Source: Gammaproteobacteria bacterium | GTDB taxonomy: Bacteria > Pseudomonadota > Gammaproteobacteria > Natronospirales > REEB76 | Reading direction: 5' to 3' | NCBI GenBank assembly: GCA_036000105.1 | Contig: DASYGE010000012.1 | Location: forward strand, 722,324 to 786,323 | Length of the DNA stretch: 64,000 nt | Shown here: piece by piece, positions 27,350-37,150 of the stretch | Layout: each line of letters starts with the position of its first letter | How positions within the stretch are numbered: the first letter of the stretch is position 1 | Notes under the pieces: generated by a model | Told to the model about the DNA's origin: nothing | The model's database searches: none | The model's input: only the letters and a program-made list of their open reading frames with translations | Program-made: the position numbers and the translations under genes

Positions 27350-27410
27350 GCGTTTTGTTAGACTCTGAGTCTGCCGATTCGGCCTTTTAACTGATTTCCA
27401 GGAGTCCCCC

Positions 27411-28124
27411 ATGATGCGTCGCGTACTACTGGCTTGCGGCCTGCTGGCCCTGACCACCACCGCATTCGCCGACGACCACATCACAATCCCGAATCTCAAC
27501 CAGGCCAATTTCAACGACCTCTCCGAGGACTTGGGCGCCGTCACGAGCTACAAGCAGCTCGAAGCCTCCACCTCGGAAGGCATCACCGGCTTTGACCTGA
27601 GCCTGAATGTCGGCGCCACCCAGGTGGGCCACCAGGCTGCCTGGGAGCAGGCCACCGGCAAGAGCAGCGTCTCCAGCATCCCTTTCGCTGACGTGCGCAT
27701 CTCTAAGGGCCTGCCCTTCGGCTTCGATGTGGGCGGCGAATACAGCACCGTGCCCGGCTCCAACATCAGCTTGTACGGCGCCGAAGTGCGGTACGCGATC
27801 CTGGACGGCGGCGTCGCCGAGCCGGCCATCGGCGTGCGCGCGGGCTACACGCACCTCACGGGCGTGGATGCCTTGAGCTTCCACACCACGAGCCTGGACG
27901 TGTCCATCTCCAAGGGTTTCGGCCCGGTCACCCCCTACGGCGGCGTGGGTGAGGTCTGGAGCAACAGCACCCCGGGGGCATCCACGGGTCTCGTGAGCTC
28001 GAATTCCAGCAACACCGAACTCTTCGCGGGCGTGACCTTCGACCTCGGCGTGCACCTCGGCCTCGAGTGGAACCACCTGGCGGGCAACACCACCTACACG
28101 GTAAAGCTCGGCTTCGGCTTCTGA
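27411..28124 (+). CDS. outer-membrane beta-barrel protein
   Basis: Signal peptide 'MMRRVLLACGLLALTTTAFA'. Alternating beta-strand pattern. C-terminal 'KLGFGF'. Confidence 0.6.
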   Translation: MMRRVLLACGLLALTTTAFADDHITIPNLNQANFNDLSEDLGAVTSYKQLEASTSEGITGFDLSLNVGATQVGHQAAWEQATGKSSVSSIPFADVRISKGLPFGFDVGGEYSTVPGSNISLYGAEVRYAILDGGVAEPAIGVRAGYTHLTGVDALSFHTTSLDVSISKGFGPVTPYGGVGEVWSNSTPGASTGLVSSNSSNTELFAGVTFDLGVHLGLEWNHLAGNTTYTVKLGFGF

Positions 28125-28141
28125 GTTTTTAAGATAGATAT

Positions 28142-28170
28142 CCCCCGCCGGAAAGCCGGCGGGGGAGTTT
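28142..28170 (+). terminator. 10-bp-stem hairpin, putative terminator
   Basis: CCCCCGCCGG-aaag-CCGGCGGGGG, then a weak T tract (AGTTT). Confidence 0.45.
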
Positions 28171-28221
28171 CCTCCAGGCCCTTCGCGGGCATTGTCATGG
28201 ATCGGCGCAAAGACTCACGCT

Positions 28222-28683
28222 ATGTTCTCTTCACTCCTGAGCTTCCTCGAACAGCGGTTCTCGGCACCCGGCGCCGAGACGGTATCCCATGACGAGTTGT
28301 GCATGGCGGCGGCGGCCCTGCTCGTGGAGATGGCGCGTGCCGACTTCAACGAAGATGAGACGGAACTCACCCGCGTCCGTGATCTCCTGGCGGAACGCTA
28401 TGGGCTCACGCCCGAGGGCGCGGAGGAACTCCTGACGGCGGCACGGGGGGAATCGGACCATGCGGTGTCGCTCTTCCGCTTCACCCACCTCATCAACCAG
28501 CACCTGGAGATGCCGGAGAAGATCGCGCTCATGGGGATGCTGTGGGATGTGGCTTATGCGGACGGACGGCTGGACAAGCACGAGGACGCGCTCATGCACA
28601 AGCTGGCGGACCTCATGTACGTGCCGATCAAGGATCTGATGGCGGCCAAGGAAATGGCCAAGAAAAAAATGCGCGAGAGATAG
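28222..28683 (+). CDS. TerB-family (tellurite-resistance TerB-like) protein
   Basis: 'AAALLVEMARADFNEDETE' and 'MLWDVAYADGRLDKHEDALMHKLADLM' repeat pattern. Confidence 0.7.
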   Translation: MFSSLLSFLEQRFSAPGAETVSHDELCMAAAALLVEMARADFNEDETELTRVRDLLAERYGLTPEGAEELLTAARGESDHAVSLFRFTHLINQHLEMPEKIALMGMLWDVAYADGRLDKHEDALMHKLADLMYVPIKDLMAAKEMAKKKMRER

Positions 28684-28771
28684 AGACTGCCGGCGGCGAG
28701 GCCGGTATTCAGGACCAGAGATCATTCAAAGACCGGAGCCGCACCCCTGTGCGACCCCGGTCATGAATGGC

Positions 28772-29146
28772 TTACTTCACCATGTCCTTGAGGCCCTTCA
28801 GAGCCTGGACCTTGACCACGTTCCGGGCGGGCTTCGCCTTGAAGATGGTCTTCTCGCCCGTGAAGGGGTTGATGCCCTCACGTTCCTTGGTGGCAGGCTT
28901 GCGCACTACCTTGATCTTCATCAGGCCGGGCACGACATAGAGGCCGGGGCCTTTCTTGCCGATGCTCTTGCCGATGAGGCCCGCCAGGTTCTCGAAGATC
29001 GAGGCAACCTGCTTGCGGCTCAGGCCGGTGGAATGGGCGAGATAAGCGTAGGTCTCGGACTTGGTGAACGGTTTGTCAGCGGACACAGCGGGGGCTTTGG
29101 CAGCCTTGGCAGCAGTCTTCGCGACAGCCTTTTTCTTTGCAGCCAT
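28772..29146 (-). CDS. HU/IHF-family DNA-binding protein with Ala/Lys-rich N-terminal tail
   Basis: 'MAAKKKAVAKTAAKAAKAPAVSADK' followed by an HU fold ('GLSRKQVASIFENL', 'RKPATKEREGINPFTGE'). RBS GAGGAG. Confidence 0.8.
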   Translation of the reverse strand: MAAKKKAVAKTAAKAAKAPAVSADKPFTKSETYAYLAHSTGLSRKQVASIFENLAGLIGKSIGKKGPGLYVVPGLMKIKVVRKPATKEREGINPFTGEKTIFKAKPARNVVKVQALKGLKDMVK

Positions 29147-29341
29147 TTAGGTCTCCTCTTAGATGGCTAATGCAGATGCACGCCGCGAAATCTAGCACAT
29201 GCAAAGGTGAAATGTTAGGTTTTTTCCGGGGAAAACACGCTTTTTTTGCTTGAGGGGGCAGTTTTCCCCGGGGAAACTGCGTCTCGCCTGAGAGGCGTGC
29301 GCCCAGTACGTGGCTTGTGGCGCCGACCTTCCCGGGTTTGC

Positions 29342-29899
29342 TCAGATGATAGGCCAGGCCAGGGGCAAGAGCAGATTGATGACCTGCAGCGCTAGCATGA
29401 CCAGCAGCGGCGAGAAATCCAGCCCCGAGGTGGGCGGCAGGATGCGGCGGGCGGGCCGGAGCAGCGGCGCATTGATGGGCTTCAGCAGCCCATCCAGAGG
29501 GCTGCGGCCCTGGCCCAGCCAGCTGATTACCGCCTCCATCAGGATGCTGAAGAAGTACAGGTTTACCAGGATGAAGATGAGCTTCAGGATGGTCCAATAG
29601 ATGAGGTAGCCCCAGGTGTAGGGCATCTCGGCCACCAGCATCACCAGCAGCACGTTCACGAACTGCACCACCAGCATCAGCACCACGGCGGCCGTGTCCA
29701 CCTTGCCCCAAGCGGGGATCACGCGCCTGAGGGGCAAGAGCAGGGGGTTGCTGAGCTTCACGATGGCCTGGGACAAGGGGTTATAGAAATCGGTGCGCAC
29801 CTGCTGCATCAGGAAGCGCAGCATCACTGTGGCGGTGTAGAGCCCCAAGAGGGTGTTGATGACGAACACGAGGGCGTAGATGGAGCGGCTGGCGATCAT
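29342..29899 (-). CDS. yggT: YggT-family membrane protein
   Basis: 185 aa with two YggT repeats. ATGA overlap with proC. Conserved position after proC. Confidence 0.85.
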   Translation of the reverse strand: MIASRSIYALVFVINTLLGLYTATVMLRFLMQQVRTDFYNPLSQAIVKLSNPLLLPLRRVIPAWGKVDTAAVVLMLVVQFVNVLLVMLVAEMPYTWGYLIYWTILKLIFILVNLYFFSILMEAVISWLGQGRSPLDGLLKPINAPLLRPARRILPPTSGLDFSPLLVMLALQVINLLLPLAWPII

Positions 29900-30735
29900 G
29901 GTTTGTTTCCCTTGGCGGATTCTTGCGACAGTTGCCGGCCCCGGTCCCGGGCAGAGGTGAGTGCGCGTTCGACCACGGCCTTGAGCCCGGCTGCCTCGAA
30001 GACCGCCAGGGCCGCGGCGGTGGTGCCGCCGGGAGAGGTGACCTGCTTGCGCAAGGTCGCCGGTGCCTCGCCGGATTCCAGCGCCATGCGCGCGGCGCCG
30101 TAGGCGGTCTGCTGGGTCAGCCTGCGCACTGCATCGGCGGGCAGGCCGAGTTCGAGGCCCGCCGCTTCCATGAGTTCCATGAGCAGGAAGAAATAAGCGG
30201 GACCGCTACCGGAGAGCGCGGTGACCGCATCCATGAGGGATTCGTCCTCTATCCAGAGGGCCATGCCCACCGCTTCCAGCAGCGACTGGGCGATGCCGCG
30301 CTGGGCCGGCGTCACGGAGCTGTTAGCATAGAGGCCTGCGGCGCCAGCACCGAGCAGGGCCGGGGTGTTGGGCATGGCGCGCACGATGGCCGCGTCGCCG
30401 CCGAGCCAGGTCTTGAGATCGGGTTCGCTGATGCCGGCGGCGATGGAGACGATGAGGGGATGACGGGTACGCACCTGGCCCACCAGGCCTTCGGCCGCCG
30501 CACGCAGTACCTGGGGCTTCACGGCGAACACGATGACGCCGGCGCCTTCCGAAGCTTCGAGGTTGTCCGCCGTGGCGCGCACCGGGAAGCGGCTGGTGAG
30601 CAGGGCGCGTTGCTCCGCGCGCGGGTCCGCCACGCTGATGCGCGTGGGGTCGCAGCCTTTCTGTACCAGGCCGCCGATCAGGCTTCTCGCCATGTTGCCG
30701 CCGCCGATGAAGGCGAGGCGCAGGTCTTGCAGCAC
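29896..30735 (-). CDS. proC: pyrroline-5-carboxylate reductase
   Basis: 'LAFIGGGNMARSLIGGL'. GTG at 30735 with GGAG 6 nt upstream; a TTG at 30762 is the alternative start. Confidence 0.85.
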   Translation of the reverse strand: MLQDLRLAFIGGGNMARSLIGGLVQKGCDPTRISVADPRAEQRALLTSRFPVRATADNLEASEGAGVIVFAVKPQVLRAAAEGLVGQVRTRHPLIVSIAAGISEPDLKTWLGGDAAIVRAMPNTPALLGAGAAGLYANSSVTPAQRGIAQSLLEAVGMALWIEDESLMDAVTALSGSGPAYFFLLMELMEAAGLELGLPADAVRRLTQQTAYGAARMALESGEAPATLRKQVTSPGGTTAAALAVFEAAGLKAVVERALTSARDRGRQLSQESAKGNKP

Positions 30736-30793
30736 GTGGGACTCCGGGTCAGGTTTCAACACAGATGCAAAGGATACCCCATGGTCGCGCGCC

Positions 30794-31480
30794 TCATGTC
30801 GGGCGTTGCCCGAAGATGGCTGTCCCTACCCTCACGACCGTCGCGCCTTCCGCTATGGCCGCTTCCAGATCCTCGGACATGCCCATGGAGAGCGTGTCCA
30901 TGTGGTGGCCGCGGGCGTTCTGTTCCTGCATGAGTTCCCGCAAGAGATGGAAGGGCGCGCGCTGGGCTTCGCGGTCACGGGCCGGAGCCGGGATGGCCAT
31001 GAGTCCGCGCAACTTGAGACGTGGCAGCGCGGCCACTGCGTCCACCAGCACCGAGAGGCGCTCGGGCGCGATGCCGCCCTTGCTGCCTTCCCCGGAGATG
31101 TTCACTTGCAGGCAGACGTGCAGTGGCGGCAGCTCTGCCGGCCGCTGCTCCGCGAGCCGCTTGGCGATGCTCTCCCGATCCAGGGTGTGCACCCAGCCGA
31201 AGCGCTCCGCCACAGCCCGGGTCTTGTTGGATTGCAGGTTGCCGATGAAGTGCCATTGGATGTCGCGCTCGGCGAGTTCCGCCAGCTTGGGCAGGGCCTC
31301 CTGCAGGTAGTTCTCGCCGAAGTCCCGCTGGCCAGCCTCCCAGGCCTCGGCCAGCAGTCCGGCTGGCTGCATTTTGCTCACCGCCAGGAGGCGTATACCC
31401 ACGGGGTCGCGCCCGGCGCGCTGCGCCGCATCCTCTATACGCGCGCGCACCGCCTCCAGGTTCCGGACCACGTTCTCCAA
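30794..31480 (-). CDS. yggS: YggS-family pyridoxal-phosphate-binding protein
   Basis: 'LLAVSKMQP' (PLP Lys). TTG at 31480 with AAGGAGG 5 nt upstream; the ATG at 31534 lacks an RBS. Confidence 0.85.
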   Translation of the reverse strand: MENVVRNLEAVRARIEDAAQRAGRDPVGIRLLAVSKMQPAGLLAEAWEAGQRDFGENYLQEALPKLAELAERDIQWHFIGNLQSNKTRAVAERFGWVHTLDRESIAKRLAEQRPAELPPLHVCLQVNISGEGSKGGIAPERLSVLVDAVAALPRLKLRGLMAIPAPARDREAQRAPFHLLRELMQEQNARGHHMDTLSMGMSEDLEAAIAEGATVVRVGTAIFGQRPT

Positions 31481-31636
31481 GGCCGCCTCCTTATAGAGCC
31501 GCGGCAGGGCTGTCGCGGGCGTGCATATGCACATAAAATGAGTTCGCTATACTCTAGCCCACATGCATGCGGCCATACCCGGGACCCCAGGGAATCCTGG
31601 GCAGCCTTAAGCCGCCCAAACGCCCAGGGGACATAC

Positions 31637-32680
31637 ATGGCAGCCGATATCTCGCAACTGCTCGCTTTCGGCGTCAAGAACAAGGCGTCTGACTTGCACC
31701 TCTCCGCCGGCGTGCCCCCCATGATCCGGGTGGACGGCGACATACGCCGCATCAACATGCCGGCGCTGGAGCACAAGGACGTACACGACATGGTGTACGA
31801 CATCATGAACGACAAGCAGCGCAAGGACTACGAGGAATTCTTCGAATGCGACTTCTCGTTCGAGATCCCGAACCTGGCGCGCTTCCGCGTCAACGCCTTC
31901 AACCAGAACCGCGGTTCGGGCGCCGTGTTCCGCACCATCCCATCCAAGATCCTGTCCCTCGAAGACCTGGGCGCACCGGCGATCTTCAAGGACATCTCCG
32001 ACAACCCGCGCGGCATCGTGCTGGTGACCGGGCCTACGGGCTCTGGCAAATCCACCACCCTCGCGGCCATGGTCAACTACAAGAACGAGAGCGAGTTCGG
32101 CCACATCCTCACCATCGAAGACCCGATCGAGTTCGTGCACGAATCCAAGAAGTGCCTCATCAACCAGCGTGAGGTGCATCGCGACACGCTCGGGTTCAAC
32201 GAGGCGCTACGCTCGGCCCTGCGAGAAGACCCGGACGTGATCCTGGTGGGTGAGATGCGCGACCTCGAGACCATCCGCCTCGCGCTCTCGGGCGCCGAGA
32301 CCGGCCACTTGGTGTTCGGCACGCTGCACACGAGTTCCGCCGCCAAGACCATCGACCGCATCGTGGACGTGTTCCCGGCGGCCGAGAAGGACATGGTGCG
32401 CTCCATGATCTCGGAATCCCTGCGCGCGGTGATCTCCCAGAGCTTGATGAAGAAGATCGGCGGCGGCCGTGCCGCGGCCCATGAGATCATGATCGGCACG
32501 CCGGCCATTCGCAACCTGATCCGCGAGAACAAGATCGCGCAGATGTATTCCGCGATCCAGACCGGCCAGCAGCATGGCATGCAGACGCTCGACCAGTGCC
32601 TGCAGGAGATGGTGCGCAAGGGCATCGTCACCAAGGACGAGGCTCGCGGCAAGGCTACCCAGAAAGAAATGTTCACCTGA
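31637..32680 (+). CDS. pilT: type IV pilus twitching-motility ATPase PilT
   Basis: 347 aa. Walker A 'GPTGSGKST' and PilT-specific 'AIRNLIRE'. The upstream in-frame part of the 715-aa track ORF is antisense to proC/yggS and was rejected. Confidence 0.92.
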   Translation: MAADISQLLAFGVKNKASDLHLSAGVPPMIRVDGDIRRINMPALEHKDVHDMVYDIMNDKQRKDYEEFFECDFSFEIPNLARFRVNAFNQNRGSGAVFRTIPSKILSLEDLGAPAIFKDISDNPRGIVLVTGPTGSGKSTTLAAMVNYKNESEFGHILTIEDPIEFVHESKKCLINQREVHRDTLGFNEALRSALREDPDVILVGEMRDLETIRLALSGAETGHLVFGTLHTSSAAKTIDRIVDVFPAAEKDMVRSMISESLRAVISQSLMKKIGGGRAAAHEIMIGTPAIRNLIRENKIAQMYSAIQTGQQHGMQTLDQCLQEMVRKGIVTKDEARGKATQKEMFT

Positions 32681-32715
32681 GTGCAGGCGCAGGGGCCGGC
32701 ACGGAGACTTGAGGC

Positions 32716-33873
32716 ATGGAAAGAGACCAAGCGATAAAATTCATGCAGGACCTGTTGCGCGCGATGATCGGGCGCAAGGGCTCCGACCTGTTCATCACCT
32801 CCGGCTTCCCGCCGGCCATGAAGGTGGACGGGCAGATCACACCCGTGACCGACAAGCCACTCACGCCGGAGCAGAGCGCCATGCTGGTGCGCGCCATCAT
32901 GAACGACCGGCAGACCAAGGAATTCGACGCCAGCAAGGAATGCAACTTCGCCATCAACCCGCCGGGCATCGGCCGCTTCCGCGTCAACGCCTTCGTGCAA
33001 CAGGGCCGCGCCGGCGCGGTGCTGCGTACCATCACCACCGAGATCCCCGACTTCGACAAGATGGGCCTGCCGTCGGTCTTGAAGGAAGTGGTGATGTCCA
33101 AGCGCGGCCTCTGCATCATGGTGGGCGGCACCGGTTCCGGTAAGTCCACCTCGCTCGCGGCGATGCTGGGTTACCGCAACAAGAACACCAAGGGCCACAT
33201 CATCACCATCGAGGACCCCATCGAGTACGTGCATCCGCACCTCGGCTGCCTCATCACCCAGCGCGAAGTGGGCGTGGACACGGATTCCTGGGAGATCGCC
33301 CTCAAGAACACCCTGCGCCAGGCGCCGGACGTGATCCTCATCGGCGAGATCCGCGATCGCGAGACCATGGAGCACGCGGTGCAGTTCGCCGAGACGGGCC
33401 ACCTCTGCCTTTCCACGTTGCACGCCAACAGCGCCAACCAGGCCCTGGATCGCATCGTCAACCTGTTCCCGGAAGAGCGCCGCCACCAGCTGCTGATGGA
33501 CCTGTCGCTCAACATCAAGGGCATCATCTCCCAGCGTCTGCTCAAGAAACCGGACGGCAAAGGCCGCGTCGCCGCGCTTGAGATCATGTTGAACTCGCCT
33601 TTGATCTCCGACCTCATCTTCAAGGGCGAGGTGGCGATGATCAAGGAGATCATGGCCAAGTCCACCCAGCTCGGCATGCAGACCTTCGACCAGGCGCTGT
33701 TCAACCACTACGAGGAAGGCAACATCAACTACGAAGAGGCCATCCGCAACGCGGATTCGCAGAACGAGCTGCGGCTGCGCATCAAGCTGGAGAGCAAGCT
33801 CGGCAAGGCGCCGGTGGACGAGGGCATCGACTCGATGCAGTTAGTCGATCCCGGTAAGGGCCAAAAGCTTTGA
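32716..33873 (+). CDS. pilU: PilT/PilU-family ATPase PilU
   Basis: 385 aa. 'GGTGSGKST'. It lacks AIRNLIRE ('PLISDLIFKG') and has a PilU-type C-terminal tail 'NELRLRIKLESK'. Confidence 0.85.
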   Translation: MERDQAIKFMQDLLRAMIGRKGSDLFITSGFPPAMKVDGQITPVTDKPLTPEQSAMLVRAIMNDRQTKEFDASKECNFAINPPGIGRFRVNAFVQQGRAGAVLRTITTEIPDFDKMGLPSVLKEVVMSKRGLCIMVGGTGSGKSTSLAAMLGYRNKNTKGHIITIEDPIEYVHPHLGCLITQREVGVDTDSWEIALKNTLRQAPDVILIGEIRDRETMEHAVQFAETGHLCLSTLHANSANQALDRIVNLFPEERRHQLLMDLSLNIKGIISQRLLKKPDGKGRVAALEIMLNSPLISDLIFKGEVAMIKEIMAKSTQLGMQTFDQALFNHYEEGNINYEEAIRNADSQNELRLRIKLESKLGKAPVDEGIDSMQLVDPGKGQKL

Positions 33874-33926
33874 GGGTGCGCCTGGCGTACCGTCCTGACA
33901 TAACGATATAACGACGGAAGCCGACG

Positions 33927-34982
33927 ATGAACATCAGTCCCTATCTCAAGCTCATGGTGGAGAAGAACGCCTCCGACCTGTACTTCACCACCAATGCGCC
34001 GGTGAAGATCAAGATCGAGGGCAAGCAGGTACCGGTAGGCAAGACGCTCCTGACCGCGGAGATGGTCAAGGAGGCCGCCTACGGCATCATGAACGAGAAG
34101 CAGCGCAAGTCCTACGAGGTCAAGCACGAGTGCGACTTCGCCATCGCCGAGGAAGGTGTGGGCCGCTTCCGCGTGAACGTGTTCGTGCAGCGCGGCCAGG
34201 TGGGCATCGTGATGCGCTACATCCCCTCCGAAGTGCCGAAGTTCAACAACCTGGCTCTGCCGCCCATACTCAAGGACCTGATCCTGCACAAGCGCGGCCT
34301 GCTCCTGATGGTGGGCGCCACGGGTTCCGGCAAATCCACCACCCTCGCGGCCATGATCAACCACCGCAACGAGAACCAGGCGGGACACATCCTCACCATC
34401 GAGGACCCCATCGAGTTCAGCCACCCGAACATCCAGTCCATCATAAACCAGCGTGAAGTGGGCCAGGACACCCTGTCCTATGCCAACGCGCTCAAGAGCT
34501 CCTTGCGTGAGGCGCCGGACGTGATCCTCATCGGCGAGATCCGTGACCGCGAGACCATGGAGGCCGCCATCGAGCTGGCCGGCACCGGCCATCTGGCCAT
34601 CTCCACCCTGCATGCCAACAATGCGCACCAGACCATGGACCGCATCATCAACATGTTCCCGCAGGAGCTGCACAAGCAGCTGTTCATGGATCTGTCGCTC
34701 AACCTGCGTTCCATCGTGTCCCAGCGCCTGGTCGTCGCCAAGGACGGCAAGCGCGTGGCCGCGGTGGAAGTCATGCTCAACACACCGCATATCGCCGACC
34801 TGATCCTGAAAGGCCAGGTGGACGAGATCCGCCAGGCCATGGAAGAGAGCCCCGAGGGCGGCATGCAGTCCTTCGACGAAGCACTGCACAAGCTCTACAA
34901 AGAGGGCCGCATCGAACTGGAAGAGGCGCTCAAGAATGCCGACTCCCGCGCCAACCTGGAAGCCAAGATCAATTTCGGTTAA
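33927..34982 (+). CDS. third PilT/PilU-family ATPase (PilU-like paralogue)
   Basis: 351 aa. 'GATGSGKST'. 'PHIADLILKG' in place of AIRNLIRE. Confidence 0.8.
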   Translation: MNISPYLKLMVEKNASDLYFTTNAPVKIKIEGKQVPVGKTLLTAEMVKEAAYGIMNEKQRKSYEVKHECDFAIAEEGVGRFRVNVFVQRGQVGIVMRYIPSEVPKFNNLALPPILKDLILHKRGLLLMVGATGSGKSTTLAAMINHRNENQAGHILTIEDPIEFSHPNIQSIINQREVGQDTLSYANALKSSLREAPDVILIGEIRDRETMEAAIELAGTGHLAISTLHANNAHQTMDRIINMFPQELHKQLFMDLSLNLRSIVSQRLVVAKDGKRVAAVEVMLNTPHIADLILKGQVDEIRQAMEESPEGGMQSFDEALHKLYKEGRIELEEALKNADSRANLEAKINFG

Positions 34983-35051
34983 GACCCTCGCATACTGATG
35001 CAAGGGAATTGCAGATAGCGCTAATTCATGGAAATCAGAAACGGGGTATCT

Positions 35052-37115
35052 ATGTTGCGTAATGCCATCACGGGTTTAGTCCTGTGCGTCATCGCGGGCG
35101 CATCTTTCGCAGACTCCGCCGCACCGTTCCCAGTGGAAGCCTTCTTCAGCTACGCTCAGATCTCCGACGTCAAGATCTCCCCGGATGGCAAGTACCTGGC
35201 GCTGGTGGTGGCGGACCCTAAAACGGGGGAGAGCCGTAAGCGCTTGGTCATCATGACGGCCGACAGCAGTCACAAAGCAACCGCCTCGATTGGCACCAAG
35301 AACTATCAAATCATCTATGATTTCTGGTGGACCCTGGATGACCGCATCTTGGCCGCGACTGCGACCACCGACACGGGGTTCTTCGAGGCGCCCGCTTTGG
35401 ACGGCACCCTATATGCTGTCAATGCCGATGGCACTAAGCAGGTGATGCTCATGCCAGGAACGTCAGGCACCAATAAGAAGATGGTGGGTGGCGTGGCTCA
35501 TGACGAGGTCGGCGTATATTTCTGGGGGCCGTTGCACATGCAGAGCGACGATCCCAAGAAAGTGCTCGTGTACGGCCTGACCCGCGGCCTCGATCATAGC
35601 TATCATTCCATCGCGCAAGCATATGTTCTAGACGTATACACCGGCGAGTTCCATCTGGCATTGGAATCCCCTCTGCAAGATGGCGGATTCATACCAGACG
35701 CCGACGGTGCAATACATCTCGCAACGGGCCAGAATGTGAAGACCGGTGAGCGTGAGCTGCTCTACCGCGCTTCCGAAGATAGCCACGACTGGAAGGACTT
35801 GAGCTCCGCACTTGCAGGCGATGACCCCGCTGCGCCGGAGAACGGCGCGGAGGGGGTATCTCCGGATGGAAAGAGTCTCTATTGGTATGGTCGTACCGCG
35901 ACATCGACTCTGGGCCTCTATTCGCTGGACATGCAGTCTCTGAAGCTCAGCGAGCTTTACTCCGACCCGGACGTGGACGTGGATGATGTGGTCTGGTCCT
36001 TCGATTGGATCAAGCCCAGGAAGATCATCGCTGTCGACACCATGCCGGGCCTGCCCTCCGTGCACATCCTAGATGGGGACGACCCCAAGGCCCAGGATCT
36101 GGCAGGTCTCTACCAGGCTTTCGAAGGCCAGAAGGTGCGGATCACCAGCAACACCAGCGATGGCGCCTTGATGGTGGTCTATGTCTCGAGCGACAAGAAT
36201 CCGGGGGACTACTACCTGTTCAACGGCAAGATGGGGCAGGCCGCATTCCTGTTCAGCGCGAAGCCTGAGATCGACCCGAAGCTCATGGCCGATATGCGGC
36301 CCATCAGCTTCCAGTCGCGGGACGGTTTGACCATACACGGTTATCTGACGCTGCCACCGGGTTCCAGTGGCAAGAACCTGCCGCTGATCATCAATCCCCA
36401 CGGCGGTCCTCATGGCATCCGGGACGAGTGGGGGTGGGATCCGGAGGTGCAGTTCTTCGCCAGCCGTGGCTACGCGGTGCTGCAGGTGAACTACCGCGGT
36501 TCAGCCGGTTATGGCATGAAATTCCAGGACGTGGGCTATGGGCAGTGGGCCGGCAGCATGCAAGACGACCTGGCTGATGGAGTGCAATGGGCGGTAAAGC
36601 AAGGCACCGCAGATCCCAAGCGGGTGTGCATCTATGGCGCGAGCTACGGCGGCTATGCGGCCTTGGAGAATGCGGAACGTTACCCTGGCCTCTACAAGTG
36701 CATAGTCGGTTATGTGGGCCTGTATGACCTGTTGACCATGAATGACAGCGATTTCTCCCACTATGCTTCCGGCAAGCATTACACCGGGGTCTCCGTGGGA
36801 CGCGATGATGCCGTGCTCAAGGCCGATTCGCCGGTGAACGGAGCCGACAAGATCGCTGCTCCCGTGTTCATCATCTACGGCGGCCAGGATAAACGCGTGG
36901 TGCCGGCCAATGCCGAGGAGATGATGACTGCCCTGGACAAGGCAGGAAAGGAATACGAGAAGATGTACGAGCCCTTGGAGCAGCATGGCTTCTACAAGCC
37001 TGAACACAGGAACGATCTATACACCCGGATGCTCGCATTCTTCGACAAGTACATCGGGCCTGGGGAGATTAAACCGACGGCCGCTCCGACAGCCACGACC
37101 AAGAAGGCGCCTTAA
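35052..37115 (+). CDS. S9-family serine peptidase (prolyl oligopeptidase / dipeptidyl peptidase-like), secreted
   Basis: Signal peptide 'MLRNAITGLVLCVIAGASFA'. Beta-propeller N-terminal half. Catalytic 'GASYGGYAAL'. Confidence 0.8.
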   Translation: MLRNAITGLVLCVIAGASFADSAAPFPVEAFFSYAQISDVKISPDGKYLALVVADPKTGESRKRLVIMTADSSHKATASIGTKNYQIIYDFWWTLDDRILAATATTDTGFFEAPALDGTLYAVNADGTKQVMLMPGTSGTNKKMVGGVAHDEVGVYFWGPLHMQSDDPKKVLVYGLTRGLDHSYHSIAQAYVLDVYTGEFHLALESPLQDGGFIPDADGAIHLATGQNVKTGERELLYRASEDSHDWKDLSSALAGDDPAAPENGAEGVSPDGKSLYWYGRTATSTLGLYSLDMQSLKLSELYSDPDVDVDDVVWSFDWIKPRKIIAVDTMPGLPSVHILDGDDPKAQDLAGLYQAFEGQKVRITSNTSDGALMVVYVSSDKNPGDYYLFNGKMGQAAFLFSAKPEIDPKLMADMRPISFQSRDGLTIHGYLTLPPGSSGKNLPLIINPHGGPHGIRDEWGWDPEVQFFASRGYAVLQVNYRGSAGYGMKFQDVGYGQWAGSMQDDLADGVQWAVKQGTADPKRVCIYGASYGGYAALENAERYPGLYKCIVGYVGLYDLLTMNDSDFSHYASGKHYTGVSVGRDDAVLKADSPVNGADKIAAPVFIIYGGQDKRVVPANAEEMMTALDKAGKEYEKMYEPLEQHGFYKPEHRNDLYTRMLAFFDKYIGPGEIKPTAAPTATTKKAP

Positions 37116-37143
37116 AGCGCCTTCTTGGTTCTTTCGGGTTTTT
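37098..37143 (+). terminator. rho-independent terminator whose 5' stem arm is the last codons of the peptidase gene
   Basis: ACCAAGAAGGCGC-cttaaa-GCGCCTTCTTGGT followed by TCTTTCGGGTTTTT. Confidence 0.7.
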
Positions 37144-37150
37144 AGACGGT

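Noticed and set aside
30533-31636. N-terminal 368-codon extension that makes pilT a 715-aa ORF in the track.
   Set aside because: The extension is antisense to proC and yggS, has no motifs, and a canonical PilT N-terminus (MAADISQLLAF..) starts at ATG 31637.
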